Shown: piece after piece, positions 34,698 through 45,548 of the stretch
Layout: every line of letters starts with the position of its first letter
How positions within the stretch are numbered: position 1 is the stretch's first letter
Source of the DNA: an uncultured Planctomycetaceae bacterium
Lineage (GTDB): Bacteria; Planctomycetota; Planctomycetia; Planctomycetales; Planctomycetaceae
Length of the DNA: 64,000 nt
Direction of reading: 5' to 3'
Assembly (NCBI GenBank): GCA_963813715.1
Contig: CAWFAK010000017.1
Span: 1,024,001 to 1,088,000, forward strand
Notes under the pieces: generated by a model
The model's database searches: none
Told to the model about the DNA's origin: nothing
Seen by the model: only the letters and a program-made list of their open reading frames with translations
Made by a program: the position numbers and the translations under genes

Positions 34698-34772
34698 GTT
34701 TAGTACGACGACTGGAGCGACTCGGTTCGCTCCGAGCGCCCACGGGACCGACCGCGAGTTATGACCCGTCCG

Positions 34773-36718
34773 CTACTTCATCGGCAGTGCGTCGAACGGC
34801 GGTTGAGCGCCGGCGCCGGGCGCCGCCTTCTTCGCCGCGTCCGTCCCTTTCGGTTGAATGAGGCTGGCGCGGGCCTGACGCAGATTTTCGAAGCTCTCGG
34901 CGGAAATCACGTAGTACCAAGGGCCAAAGCGCTCGTTGAGCTGTTTGGCCTTCTCCTGCCCCTTTTTGATCTTCTTCTCGAATTCAGACTTGTCGTTCTG
35001 GTACTTTTCGATGTCCTTCTTGTACTGAACCAAGGCCTTATCGTACTCGGCCTTCGGATCGCGCTTGGCGGGCGCCGCCGGTTTGATCACTGGACCCGAC
35101 TTGCCTGCCGGCGTTCCCTTCTGGGGCGCGGCCGGTGCTTTGGGCGGAGTGGCCGCCTTTCCATCGCCCGCCTTCGGATCGGACGACTTCGGCGGATCGG
35201 GCAGGGCCAGCGCCAGCATTCGCGAATCGTCGAGCCGCGTGGCGGAGGAGTGCTTCTGATCCGTCTTGCCGTTGTTCGCCGGCGGCGAATTGGGCTCGCT
35301 CTTGGTTCCGCTGGCGCCGACTGGACTCGAAGCGGCGGGGCTGGAGGCAGGCGGAGCTGCCGGAGCGCTCTTGGTCGCGGGCTGATCGAGGACCAAACCC
35401 TGCGGCTTCTTCGGCTCGAGCGGACGGATCGGCGGGAAGCCAACGAGCGCGGGGTCAAACTTAACATAGACCATTAAATAGCGGCGCTTGAGCTGCTCTT
35501 TGTCCTTGTCCTTCGCGTCTTTGCCGTCCTTCTTGGCGCCGTTCTTTTCCGCGGTCTTGGCATCTGCGGTCTTGGCGTCGGTCGCCTTCGACTTGTCGGC
35601 GTCCTTCGCCCCCTTCTCTTTTGAGTCCTTGGAGAGGCCCGTCTCGATTTCAAATTCGGTGCCTGTGAAGATCTGACCGAAGTTGAGTGCGTACAGCAGG
35701 CCGTCGCTCGTTCCCGCTTCCAGCTCGCCTTCCTTGGAAAAGACCCGCGGCTTGCCCCCCTTGCGATCGGAGCCGACGAAGTAGCCCTTCTCTTGCATGT
35801 CGGCTCGCAGGATGTCAACCAAATTGCGGCTCTGGGCGTAGCGCGGGTCGATCGAAAGATCGGGCAGAACTCCCGGCGGTTTAGGCGCACCCCGACCAGC
35901 CGCAGGTTGTCGAGATTGTTGACCAGCGTGTTCACCGCATCGAGCTTCAGCTCTTCGTTCGGCTTGATGCCCTTGAGTATCCACGGATCGGAGGGGTTTT
36001 TCCGCGTCAGCTCGGTGGCGTCGCCCGGGATGATTGCTCCCTGCTGCTCGTCGATCGAGTAATTGTCGATGCGGATCTCGCTGAGCAGCTCACGGTCCAC
36101 CTTCAGCAGGTCGGGCTCGATCCAGTCGCTGAACTTCGTCGACAGATCGATCTTGAGCTTGGCCAGATAGATCGTGTTCGAATCGTCGGCTTTGGTGGCC
36201 CGCACGTAGTAGGTGTCGGTCTGGCCGGGCAGCTCGCTCGGCTTCCCGATGATGTATTCGGCCAGCACCGTGCCGTCGTTTTTGGAAATCGTGATCTTCC
36301 TGCCACGGCCGGTCAGCACGGTGTCGTCCGGATCTTCCGGATCGAGGACGTCGTAGCGGGCCTGGTCGCTCTTCAATCGCGAAACGAAGGCCGTGCGGCT
36401 GGTGCCGATGACCGACGCAGCCGTCTTGGCAAGGCGGTCCTTGCCGTCGACCGGGTAGTTGTGATGCGAGGGGATCTTCCACTTGCCGTCCTTGTACTCC
36501 ACCGTAAACGGCTTGATCGCAGCCGTGTCTTTGTCGTACACGACGACCCGCAAGACCTGCGCGTCGGTCGGGAATTTGAAGTCGGGATAGAACTCGGTGC
36601 CAATCCGCCCCGAGTCCGCGTCCTTGTGCGGCACGGACCCGTAATAAGTCGCGGCCGCCGCCCCCACGGACACCAGGGCCACGGCCAGAAAAATCAACGT
36701 GCGTTTCGTCTCGTTCAT
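34773..36718 (-). CDS. DUF4340 domain protein with Lys/Pro/Ala-rich insertions, frameshift near 35880
   Basis: N-terminal TM; WKIPSHHNYP, LSTKFSDWIEPDLL and LNERFGPWYYVIS; lies downstream of the GldG-like gene. Confidence 0.8.
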
Positions 36719-36842
36719 CGTCCTTCGTCCCTGCCGGATGCGTGCGATCCGGATGAATTCGTTTAACTCAATTTGTTACGTTCAAAAAACGCACGGGGCG
36801 TTTGGCCGGGCGAACACGCCCTGGATCGACCTCGTCAATGTC

Positions 36843-39494
36843 TCAATGGGCGGCCCGGCGGTCCGGCGAGATGGCCCGGCGCTCGCGGCCGAGCCGCAGC
36901 AAAAAGACCACCACGCCCAGCACGATGGCCGGAATCGGCGGGATCAGCACCGCCTGAATCATGATTTTGCGTTCGGTCTCGCGAATGCGTCGTTCGGCCG
37001 CGCTCTTCGCACTGTCGATCTCTTGCTGCTTATCCCGATCGATATTGGCTTTCGCCACTTCCAGCCGACGCTCCTCGCCCTCCTTCAAGCGGCGGATCAA
37101 CTCCTCCTTCTGCGGCGGCGAGAGATTTTTATCGTTTTCGATTTCCGCCCGCTTCTCGTCGAAACGGCCCTGCGCGTCCTTCAGTTTCTGCTTGGCATCG
37201 TCGTCGGCCACCTTGGTCATGGCGACACGCTCTTCGACGAACTTCGCCGTCTGCGCCTCGACGGTCGTCAGCGTCCGCAAGGCGGTTCGGCGTTTCCGCA
37301 AATCGAGGAACTTCTGGTCCCCGGCCAGCACGTCGACCGCGTTGAGCACGAAGGGGACGTTATCGAAATTGAGGTTGAGTTCGCCCAAGTTCCGCGTCAC
37401 GAAGAACCAGTCCGAAATCAGGTCGACGTCCGCGACGTAGACCACGTTGAGCTTGTACGGGTTGTCGGCTTCCGACGTCAGGTGCGCGGCCAGCACGTGG
37501 CCCCCCTGATCGCGAAAATGCGGGCGGCCGTCCTTGATGCGGGCGGTCGGCGTGAAGCCGTGCTGAAAATCGAATCCCTGCTCGGTGAATTCGTCCCATT
37601 CCATCACGCCGGACGTCGCGCTCGTCCGCAAGAGCGGCTCGAACTTCACGCCCTTCTCCTTGAGCGGCATGATTTCGCCCGCGAACGCAGCCAGCATTTC
37701 CTGCAGGCCGTTGGTGATTTCGCTCGTCGTGCTGAACGCGCCCTTCATCCGGCTCTTGGGCGAGATGAAGATGAATTCTTCGGGCAGCGTGACGAATTCC
37801 GGATGGGGATTGAACGAATCCCAAACGACCCGGCCGTTGTCCCAGGCGATGTGCAGCGTGTTGAGCAAGCTGGTGGCCTTGCCATCGTCGGCCTTGGGCG
37901 GAGCCGGCTGGCGGCCCATGCCCCCCATCATGCCGCCGAACTGTCCGCCGGGGGCCGGCTTGGGCAGTTTCGGGGCCTGCGAAACGCCGAACGCCGAGTT
38001 GAAGACCCACGGATACGGGTCGTCGAAGATCAGCGTCGGACGCCCCTTCTTGATGTAGTTGAGGAAGTTGGCCATCTGCGGCTCCGTCAGCGACGACGGC
38101 ATGACGGCCAGCAGCACGTCGTATTTGCTTTCGTCGATCGGGCTGTCCGGCGACACCTCTTTTACGTTGTATTGCTGCTTGAGCTCGGTGACGATCTGCC
38201 AATCGCGCGAGCCGATCACGTCGGCATCGGTGCGGAGCACGCCCACGGTCGACCGCTTTTCGTTGGCCACCGTTCGGATCGAGCGGGTGAGCTCGTATTC
38301 CAGCGGCATACCCGCTCCAAAGAACGGGATGACGACCTGGTCAAAGCTGCTGCTGATCACGGCTCCTAAATAGATCGTGTCTTCGTAGTGCCGGCCTTCG
38401 CGTTCGGACCGGACGCGCTCCGGGGTGATGCCGAGCGTCTTGGCTTCCTCGGCCTCTTTGCTGAAGGGCTCGACCTCGACGTATTGGACGTCCACTTTGG
38501 CGCCGGCCAGCCGCGCGTATTGCCGCAAGAGGCCCGTGAGCCGCGTGCGGACGGGGGCATAATCGCGGGGTACGTCGGTCGAGACGAACGCCTGAATCCG
38601 CACCGGATGCTCCGACTTGATCTCGGACAACACGTCGCGCGTCGTCGGCGACAGGCTATACACCTGCTCGTGCGTCAAATCGGCCCGGGCATTGGTGTGC
38701 GACGCGATGTACGCGATGCTCACGAGCGCCAGCGCCAGGCAAACCGCGCGGGCGAAATACTGCGCCCCCATCGAAGTCTGCTGGCCGCTGCTCCAGTGCC
38801 GTTTGCGAATCATCACCAGGTTGAGATAGAGCATCACCACCGTCAGCGAGACGAAATACAAAATCCCCGAGAGCGGAATGATCCCCAGCTCGAAGTCATG
38901 CATCTGCTCGCGAACGCTCAGTCCGCGGAGTAGATCGCTCGACTGCGCGATCGATCCGATGAAAACCGGCACTGCGCAGATCACAACTCCCAGCACGAAG
39001 GCCACCGTCGTGCTGTTGGTCAGCACCGAGCCGAGCATTCCCGCGCTCAGCAGGGCGGCGCCGGCGAACCAGTAGCCCAAATACGTGCAAAAGGCGACGC
39101 CCAAATCGGGATTGCCGATCGATCGCAGCACCAACAGGTGCGTCAGCGAAAAGGCCAGTGCGATGCTATAGACGGCCAGCACGGCGAAGTATTTGCCGAG
39201 AAGAATCTCCAGATCGGTGGCGGGCAGCGTGAAGAGCAGCTCGTCGGTGCCGAGCTTCTTCTCGTCGGCCCACGCGCTCATCGTGATCGCCGGGACCAGG
39301 AACAACAGCAGCATCGGAAAGCCTTCGCTCAGCTGGTCCAGGCTGGCGATGTTGTTCGTGAAGAACTGCGGCCGAAACGCCAACAGCCCGCCCGCCACGA
39401 CGAAGGCGATGATGAACAGGTAGCCCAACACGCCCGAAAAATAGCTGGCGACATTGCGGCGAAAGACGGCGGAAACAACATGCCATCGCAACAC
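36843..39494 (-). CDS. ABC-2 permease (GldF-like) fused to a GldG-family auxiliary domain
   Basis: PAITMSAWADEKKLGTDELL and ILLGKYF, followed by DLT...YSLS..T, LEYELTRSI, VADVDLISD and N.PFVLNAVD.LAGD. Confidence 0.88.
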   Translation of the reverse strand: MLRWHVVSAVFRRNVASYFSGVLGYLFIIAFVVAGGLLAFRPQFFTNNIASLDQLSEGFPMLLLFLVPAITMSAWADEKKLGTDELLFTLPATDLEILLGKYFAVLAVYSIALAFSLTHLLVLRSIGNPDLGVAFCTYLGYWFAGAALLSAGMLGSVLTNSTTVAFVLGVVICAVPVFIGSIAQSSDLLRGLSVREQMHDFELGIIPLSGILYFVSLTVVMLYLNLVMIRKRHWSSGQQTSMGAQYFARAVCLALALVSIAYIASHTNARADLTHEQVYSLSPTTRDVLSEIKSEHPVRIQAFVSTDVPRDYAPVRTRLTGLLRQYARLAGAKVDVQYVEVEPFSKEAEEAKTLGITPERVRSEREGRHYEDTIYLGAVISSSFDQVVIPFFGAGMPLEYELTRSIRTVANEKRSTVGVLRTDADVIGSRDWQIVTELKQQYNVKEVSPDSPIDESKYDVLLAVMPSSLTEPQMANFLNYIKKGRPTLIFDDPYPWVFNSAFGVSQAPKLPKPAPGGQFGGMMGGMGRQPAPPKADDGKATSLLNTLHIAWDNGRVVWDSFNPHPEFVTLPEEFIFISPKSRMKGAFSTTSEITNGLQEMLAAFAGEIMPLKEKGVKFEPLLRTSATSGVMEWDEFTEQGFDFQHGFTPTARIKDGRPHFRDQGGHVLAAHLTSEADNPYKLNVVYVADVDLISDWFFVTRNLGELNLNFDNVPFVLNAVDVLAGDQKFLDLRKRRTALRTLTTVEAQTAKFVEERVAMTKVADDDAKQKLKDAQGRFDEKRAEIENDKNLSPPQKEELIRRLKEGEERRLEVAKANIDRDKQQEIDSAKSAAERRIRETERKIMIQAVLIPPIPAIVLGVVVFLLRLGRERRAISPDRRAAH

Positions 39495-39685
39495 GATCGT
39501 GCTCCTGGATCAGTCGAGATCTGTAAACCTGATTCCCGACGGAAAAATACTCGGCGAAAGTCTGTTCAATCTGTCCGCACCGCGCGAGTCGCGACCAGCT
39601 CTGGGTTGCCACGCAGCCCCGCGCTGTTCCGTCGATGTTCGGCGGACGCAGAGCCGCGCGGACTGCTGGCTGGTTGCTGTTACGG

Positions 39686-40462
39686 TCAATGACGCGATTT
39701 GCCCGCTCCTGCCGCCCCGGTCAGCTCCCGGAACCGCTTGTCCATTTCGGGCGGAGAGTCGGCCATCTCCTGAACCGTGCCGTCAAACACGATCCGGCCT
39801 TCGTTGATCAAAATCACTCGGGTGCAAACGGCGGCCACTTCTTGCAGGATGTGCGTCGACAGCAGGATCGTTTTGGTGGCTCCCAACGAACGAATCAGCC
39901 CCCGCACTTCGTGAACCTGGTTCGGATCGAGACCGCTGGTCGGCTCGTCGAGGATCAGGACGTCCGGATCGTGCAGCAGGGCCTGCGCCATGCCGACGCG
40001 CTGGCGAAACCCGCGCGACAGCTTGCCGATCGGCTTGTGCCACACCTCGTCGAGCGCACACTTCTCGCAGACAAAGTCGAGCCGCTTCTTGAGCAGATCG
40101 GATTTCAGGCCGCGGGCCTGGCCGATATAAGTCAGCAGCCCTACCGGCGTCATTTCGTTGTAGAGCGGACCGTTTTCCGGCAAGTAACCCATCACCTTGC
40201 TGGCTTCGATCCGATCGGTCGCCATATTGAAGCCGGCGATCCGAGCGACGCCCGTGGTCGGCGCCAAATACCCGGTCAAAAGCTTCATGGTCGTCGACTT
40301 GCCGGCCCCGTTGGGCCCCAAAAAGGCGACGACCGCCCCCCGCGGCACCGTGAAGCTCACATCCTTAGTGGCCGCAAACTGACCGAAATTCTTGCTCAGG
40401 CCCTGCGCCTCGATCATCGGGCGCCGGCCATCGCCGGTCGCCGTCCCGTTCCCGTTGTTCAT
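39686..40462 (-). CDS. ABC transporter ATP-binding protein (GldA-like)
   Basis: [31 protein letters not shown] and LSTHIL. Confidence 0.95.
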   Translation of the reverse strand: MNNGNGTATGDGRRPMIEAQGLSKNFGQFAATKDVSFTVPRGAVVAFLGPNGAGKSTTMKLLTGYLAPTTGVARIAGFNMATDRIEASKVMGYLPENGPLYNEMTPVGLLTYIGQARGLKSDLLKKRLDFVCEKCALDEVWHKPIGKLSRGFRQRVGMAQALLHDPDVLILDEPTSGLDPNQVHEVRGLIRSLGATKTILLSTHILQEVAAVCTRVILINEGRIVFDGTVQEMADSPPEMDKRFRELTGAAGAGKSRH

Positions 40463-40665
40463 GCGCCCGTTATCCCCAAAAAACGCCCGTCGCTTACTAC
40501 TTTTACGTCATTCTTTACAATCCGTGCTGGACGATGTCCAGTAATCGCCCAGCGCCGCCAGAACGGGCGATGTCGCCAGCTCCAAAGCCCAAAGTCGAGT
40601 CCTTGCCGGACTTTGGGGTGCCGGCAGAGTCCACAAAGAGACCTTAGACCGCGGGATCTCGAACT

Positions 40666-41860
40666 TTGAACGTGCCGAACGAACTTGAATTGATCGCGAC
40701 GACCACCTTCGGTCTGGAGGCGGTCGTCGCGCGCGAGCTCAAAGCCCTTGGTTACGAGAACCAGACCATTGCCGACGGAAAAATCACCTTTCGCGGCGGC
40801 CCGGAGGCGATTTGCCGCGCCAATCTCTGGCTCCGCAGCGCCGACCGAGTCGTCATCAAGATCGGCGAGTTCGAGGCGGCCGACTTCGGCACGTTGTTCG
40901 ATCGATGTGCCGACCTCGACTGGGCTCGCTGGATTCCCGTGAACGGCCAGTTCCCCGTCAGCGGGAAGTCCGTCCGCTCGCAACTTCACAGTGTTCCCGA
41001 TTGCCAGGCGCTGATCAAGAAAGCGATCGTTGAAAAACTGAAACAGACGCATCGCGTGTCGTGGTTCGCCGAGAACGGGCCGCTGTTTACCGTTCAGGTG
41101 TCGCTGCTCAAAGACGTCGCCACGCTCACGCTCGATACGACAGGCCCCGGGCTGCACAAACGCGGCTATCGCACATTGAGCGGACTGGCGCCGCTCAAGG
41201 AAACTCTGGCGGCCGCGCTCGTACAGCTCAGCTTTTGGACTGAGTCGCGGCCACTGCTCGATCCCTTTTGCGGCACGGGCACCATCCCCATCGAGGCCGC
41301 ACTCTGGGCTCGCAACCGAGCACCCGGGCTGTCGCGCCGCTTTGCCGCCGACGATTGGCCCGCGCTCGATCGCCGGCTCTGGCACGAAGCCCGCGAGGAA
41401 GCCAAGGACCGAGCCGTGCGGAGCGGAACGTTGGCGATCGTCGGCAGCGACATCGACGACACCAGCCTCTCCATGGCGAAAAAGCACGCGCGGAACGCCG
41501 GCGTCGAGGCCGACATTCGCTTCGAGCGGCGCGATTTCGCCGAGGCCCGGCCGCAGGGCAATTACGGTTGCCTGATTGCCAATCCGCCGTACGGCGAACG
41601 TTCGGGAGACGTGGAGTCGGCCGAAGAACTCGCCCGCGCGGCCCGCGGACGTCTTCGGGCGGTTCGACACCTGGTCGTTTTATATTTTGAGCGCGCTGGC
41701 GAATTTCGAGCAGCAATGCGGTCGACATGCGGACCGTCGCCGCAAGCTTTACAATGGGCGAATTGCCTGCACTTATTACCAGTTTCACGGTCCACGCCCG
41801 CCCAAGCCGACGGTCGCGACGGAAAGCGCCCCGGCATCCCACACAGATCCGGCCGAGTGA
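40666..41860 (+). CDS. rlmL: THUMP-domain rRNA m2G methyltransferase (RlmL/YpsC family), frameshift near 41640
   Basis: FGLEAVVAREL, RANLWLR, GLHKRGYR, APLKETLAAAL, DPFCGTGTIPIEAA and NPPYGER. The true C-terminus (RRKLYNGRIACTYYQF) is in another frame. Confidence 0.85.
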
Positions 41861-41892
41861 ATCGGTCTCCCAGTCGGAGTTTTAGCGAATCC

Positions 41893-42783
41893 ATGCCCGT
41901 TGCTCACGAAGAGGATTATCGTCGCCGCGTCGGCGAGGTTGGCCCGACGCGATTTTTGCCCGGGACCTCGATCGAAATCGTGCGAGAGGTCAAGCTCGAC
42001 GCACCGCCACGCTTCGCGCTGTTTGATTTCGACGGCACGCTGAGCCTCGTCCGCGAGGGCTGGCCCGACGTCATGATTCCCCTGATGGTCGAGGAACTGG
42101 CGGCAACCGGAACGTCCGAAACGCCCGAGCAGCTCGCCACGCTAGCCCGCAACTTCGTGATGGAACTCAACGGCAAGCAGACGATCTACCAGATGATTCG
42201 CCTGACGGAGGAGATCCAAGCCCGCGGAGGAACGCCGCGCGAACCCCGGGCGTATAAACAGAAATATCACGACCGGCTGATGGAGCGGATCGCTCGGCGG
42301 CGCGAATCGCTGGAAAACAAGACGATCGCGCCGGAAGAGCTGCTCGTGCCTGGCGTCTATTCCGCCTTGAAGCTTCTCCAAGAGCGTGGCCTGGAACTTT
42401 ATCTGGCCAGCGGCACCGATGAGAACTACGTGCGGGAAGAGGCCGAGCTGCTGGGTCTCGCGCCATTTTTCGGCCGCCACATCTACGGAGCGATCGACGA
42501 TCACCGGGCCTTCTCCAAGCAGATGGTGATCGAACGGATTCTTCGCGAAAACCAGGTCGAAGGCGCGCGGCTCATCGGCCTGGGCGACGGCTACGTCGAG
42601 ATCGACAATATTAAAGGCGCCGGCGGCACCGCGATCGCCGTCGCCAGCGACGAATCCGGTCGCAGCGGCAAACCCGATCCCTGGAAGCGCGACCGACTGA
42701 TCGGCGTCGGGGCCGACGTCGTCATTCCCGACTTCCGCGAGTTTGCGGCCGTGTGCGATTATCTGTGGCGTGATTTCCGCTGA
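41893..42783 (+). CDS. HAD-superfamily hydrolase
   Basis: FDFDGTLSLVREGW, YLASGTD, FSK and GDGYVEI motifs. ATG at 41893. Confidence 0.85.
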   Translation: MPVAHEEDYRRRVGEVGPTRFLPGTSIEIVREVKLDAPPRFALFDFDGTLSLVREGWPDVMIPLMVEELAATGTSETPEQLATLARNFVMELNGKQTIYQMIRLTEEIQARGGTPREPRAYKQKYHDRLMERIARRRESLENKTIAPEELLVPGVYSALKLLQERGLELYLASGTDENYVREEAELLGLAPFFGRHIYGAIDDHRAFSKQMVIERILRENQVEGARLIGLGDGYVEIDNIKGAGGTAIAVASDESGRSGKPDPWKRDRLIGVGADVVIPDFREFAAVCDYLWRDFR

Positions 42784-42796
42784 CGGAGTTTTTTTG

Positions 42797-42907
42797 CCCC
42801 CTCTCCCGGTCCGCCGGGAGAGGGCCGGGGTGAGGGCGGGATTTAGAAACCGAACCAGCCAAGAAGAGCCCTCACCCTACCCTCTCCCATCGGAATGAGA
42901 GAGGGGA
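42797..42907. repeat. REP-like inverted palindromic repeat pair
   Basis: CCCCTCTCCCGG...CCGGGAGAGGGCCGGGGTGAGGG and its inverted partner CCCTCACCCTACCCTCTCCC...GAGAGGGGA, intergenic. Confidence 0.8.
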
Positions 42908-42938
42908 TAAGCAAACAGATCAGAAAGAGAAAGTCTGG

Positions 42939-43910
42939 ATGCCTTTCCCGCAGTTTGATCGCAGCCGGCTCAAGATCCAGCCGCTGGCGGAACGGACGCA
43001 CGATCTCGATCTCGATAAGATCATCAACGTGCCGCACGGACCGCGCGTGCCCTTCGCGCACAAGGCGATTCCCATCCTGGCCGAGCGGATCGTCCAGGCC
43101 GCGGCAGCCAAACGCGCGATCCTCTTTGCCTGCGGCGCGCACGTGCTGCGGCAAGGGAACGGACCGCTGTTGATCGACTTGATGCAGCGGGGGCTCTTAT
43201 CGCATTTGGCACTCAACGGAGCCGGGGCAATCCACGACTTCGAGCTGGCGATGATCGGCCACACCTGTGAAAGCGTCGCCCGCTACGTCCGCGAAGGTCA
43301 ATTTGGCCTGTGGGACGAGTCGTCGCGGCTCAACGACGCCGTCAATGCCGGCCACCGCGCCGGCCTCGGCTTTGGGGAGGCCGTCGGCAAATACATCGAG
43401 GACCAACAGTTTCCGCACCGGGCGACGAGCGTGCTGGCGGCCGGCTATCGGCTGCGCGTTCCCGTCACCGTGCACGTGTCGATCGGGCAGGACATCGTCC
43501 ACGAACATCCGAATTTCGACGGCGCGGCCACGGGCGCGGCATCGCTTGCCGATTTCTTGATCTATACCGACACGGTCACGCGGCTCGAAGGCGGCGTGTT
43601 TTTGAATCTCGGCACGGCCGTCATGGGGCCGGAGGTTTATCTCAAGGCGCTTGCGATGGCCCGCAACGTGGCCCATCAGGGCAACGAGCGAATCGCCCGC
43701 TTCACGACGGCCGTCTTCGATCTTCCCGAGCTTGGCGAAGACCTGACTCACGAAGCGCCCAAAAACGATCCGCGCTACTACTTCCGGCCGTACAAGACGA
43801 TCCTCGTCCGCACGGTGGCCGACGGCGGCGAAAGTTACTACGTCCAGGGGGATCACAAGGCGACTGTCCCCGCCCTCTACGACGCTATCCTGGAGCGCGT
43901 CAAACCGTGA
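42939..43910 (+). CDS. Conserved protein with a deoxyhypusine-synthase-like fold, function unknown
   Basis: GAHVLRQG, ALNGAGAIHDFELA, PVTVHVSIGQDIVH and NLGTAVMGPEVYLKAL. Confidence 0.7.
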   Translation: MPFPQFDRSRLKIQPLAERTHDLDLDKIINVPHGPRVPFAHKAIPILAERIVQAAAAKRAILFACGAHVLRQGNGPLLIDLMQRGLLSHLALNGAGAIHDFELAMIGHTCESVARYVREGQFGLWDESSRLNDAVNAGHRAGLGFGEAVGKYIEDQQFPHRATSVLAAGYRLRVPVTVHVSIGQDIVHEHPNFDGAATGAASLADFLIYTDTVTRLEGGVFLNLGTAVMGPEVYLKALAMARNVAHQGNERIARFTTAVFDLPELGEDLTHEAPKNDPRYYFRPYKTILVRTVADGGESYYVQGDHKATVPALYDAILERVKP

Positions 43911-44939
43911 AACGCGACCGCCTGGAAGAGCTGCTCGCCAAATTCCCCTCGCGCCGCGTGGCCGTGCTGGGTGACTTTTTCCTCGACAAGTACCTCGAAG
44001 TCGACCCGCGGCTGGCCGAGACGAGCGTCGAAACGGGCAAACGTGCCAACCAGGTCGTCGAGATTCGCACGAGCCCCGGGGCGGCTGGCACGGTCGTCAA
44101 CAATCTGGCGGCGCTGGGGGCCGGCGAGCTGCATGCTATCGGTGCGACAGGCGACGATGGCGAGGCCTACGATCTCCGCCGCGGCTTGGAGGCGCGGAAC
44201 TGCTCCATCGCCGGCCTGGTTCCCTTTTCGTTCCTGCATACGCCGACCTATCTCAAGCCGCGGGACGTCAACGATCCCAGCCTTGAGGGTGAGCACGAGC
44301 GGTACGACACGAAGAACCGCGCACATGCCGACGGAAGTTTGGCGACGCGTGATCTCCGAATTAGAACAGCTCGTACCGAAAGTGGACGCCGTAATTGTGG
44401 CCGACCAAGTCGAGAATCCGAATAATGGTGTCATCGGTTCCGTCGTCCGCAATGACATCTCACGGCTCGCCCAGCGGTATCCAAACGTCTGTTTCTGGGC
44501 AGACAGTCGGACGCAAATCTGGCAATTTCGCGACGTAATCGTCAAGCCGAACCAGTTCGAAGCGTTCAATCGAGCCAATCCGCGTCCGGGTGATACCGTG
44601 CCGATGGAAAAGTTGCGCGGTGCGGTTGGGCGTTTGCGATTTGAAACCGGTGCCCCCGTATGCTGCACGCTCGGGGCTAATGGGATGCTGGTTAGCGATC
44701 CTGAGTTAACAGTCATCCCGGGCGTGAAACTCACGGGACCCACTGATACGACTGGTGCGGGCGACAGCGCGACAGCCGGCGCCGTGCTCGCATTGGCCGC
44801 CGGAGCTACACTTCCAGAAGCCGCGCTCGTGGGCTGCTTGGTTGCTTCAATAACCGTACAACAACTGGCCACGACCGGCACTGCCACGCCGGCACAGGTC
44901 TTGGATCGACTCGCACTGTGGCAGGAACAACAAGGCTAA
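43907..44939 (+). CDS. PfkB-family sugar kinase (RfaE/HldE kinase-domain-like), frameshift near 44320
   Basis: VAVLGDFFLDKY, PGAAGTVVNNLAALG, VKPN..EA and DTTGAGDS. Confidence 0.85.
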
Positions 44940-44980
44940 AAGATACGAACGACACTTTCCGCGAAGGAACAGGACCGCTC

Positions 44981-45544
44981 ATGTCAGACGAACGCTTTGC
45001 CGTCAACTATCTGACTGACCTCGCCGGGCTGTTGCCCAAGCTCGATACGAAGCGGATCGGCGAGGCGATTACCGCCGTCCGCAAGGTCCGCGACGACAAT
45101 AAGACGATCTACATCTGCGGCAACGGCGGCAGCGCGTCGATCGCCTCGCAGATGGTGGTCGACATGGTCAAGGGGGCCTCGTTCAAGAAGAAGGCCCGCT
45201 TCAAGATGATCGGCCTGACCGACAGCATGGCCACGGTGAGCGCCTACGCCAACGACGAAGGTTACGAGGTCGTGTTCGCCGAGCCCCTCAAGAATTTTGC
45301 CGTGGCCGGCGATCTCTTGATCGCCATCAGTGGCAGCGGCAACAGCCCCAACGTGCTGCGGGCCGTCGAATACGCCAACTCGATCGGCTGCACGACGATG
45401 GGACTGACGACCGGCGAAGGGGGCAAACTTCGCGACCTGGTCAAGCTGCCGTTGTTGGTGCCGTCGCGGCACATGGGGCGGCTGGAAGACTCTTTCTTCA
45501 TCCTCACGCATATCATTTGCTATGCGTTCATGGAAGCGGATTGA
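44981..45544 (+). CDS. gmhA: SIS-domain phosphoheptose isomerase-like protein
   Basis: ICGNGGSAS, SAYANDEGY and AISGSGNSPNVLRA. Confidence 0.8.
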   Translation: MSDERFAVNYLTDLAGLLPKLDTKRIGEAITAVRKVRDDNKTIYICGNGGSASIASQMVVDMVKGASFKKKARFKMIGLTDSMATVSAYANDEGYEVVFAEPLKNFAVAGDLLIAISGSGNSPNVLRAVEYANSIGCTTMGLTTGEGGKLRDLVKLPLLVPSRHMGRLEDSFFILTHIICYAFMEAD

Positions 45545-45548
45545 CAGC

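Noticed and set aside
34773..40462. Gld-like ABC genes as evidence of gliding motility
   Set aside because: GldA/F/G-like plus DUF4340 modules occur widely in non-gliding bacteria, and no gliding motor or T9SS genes are present here.
40666..42783. Apparent RlmL-HAD fusion (705 aa ORF)
   Set aside because: The conserved RlmL C-terminus (RRKLYNG...YQF) is in another frame ending at 41860, and the linker in the long ORF is off-frame sequence.
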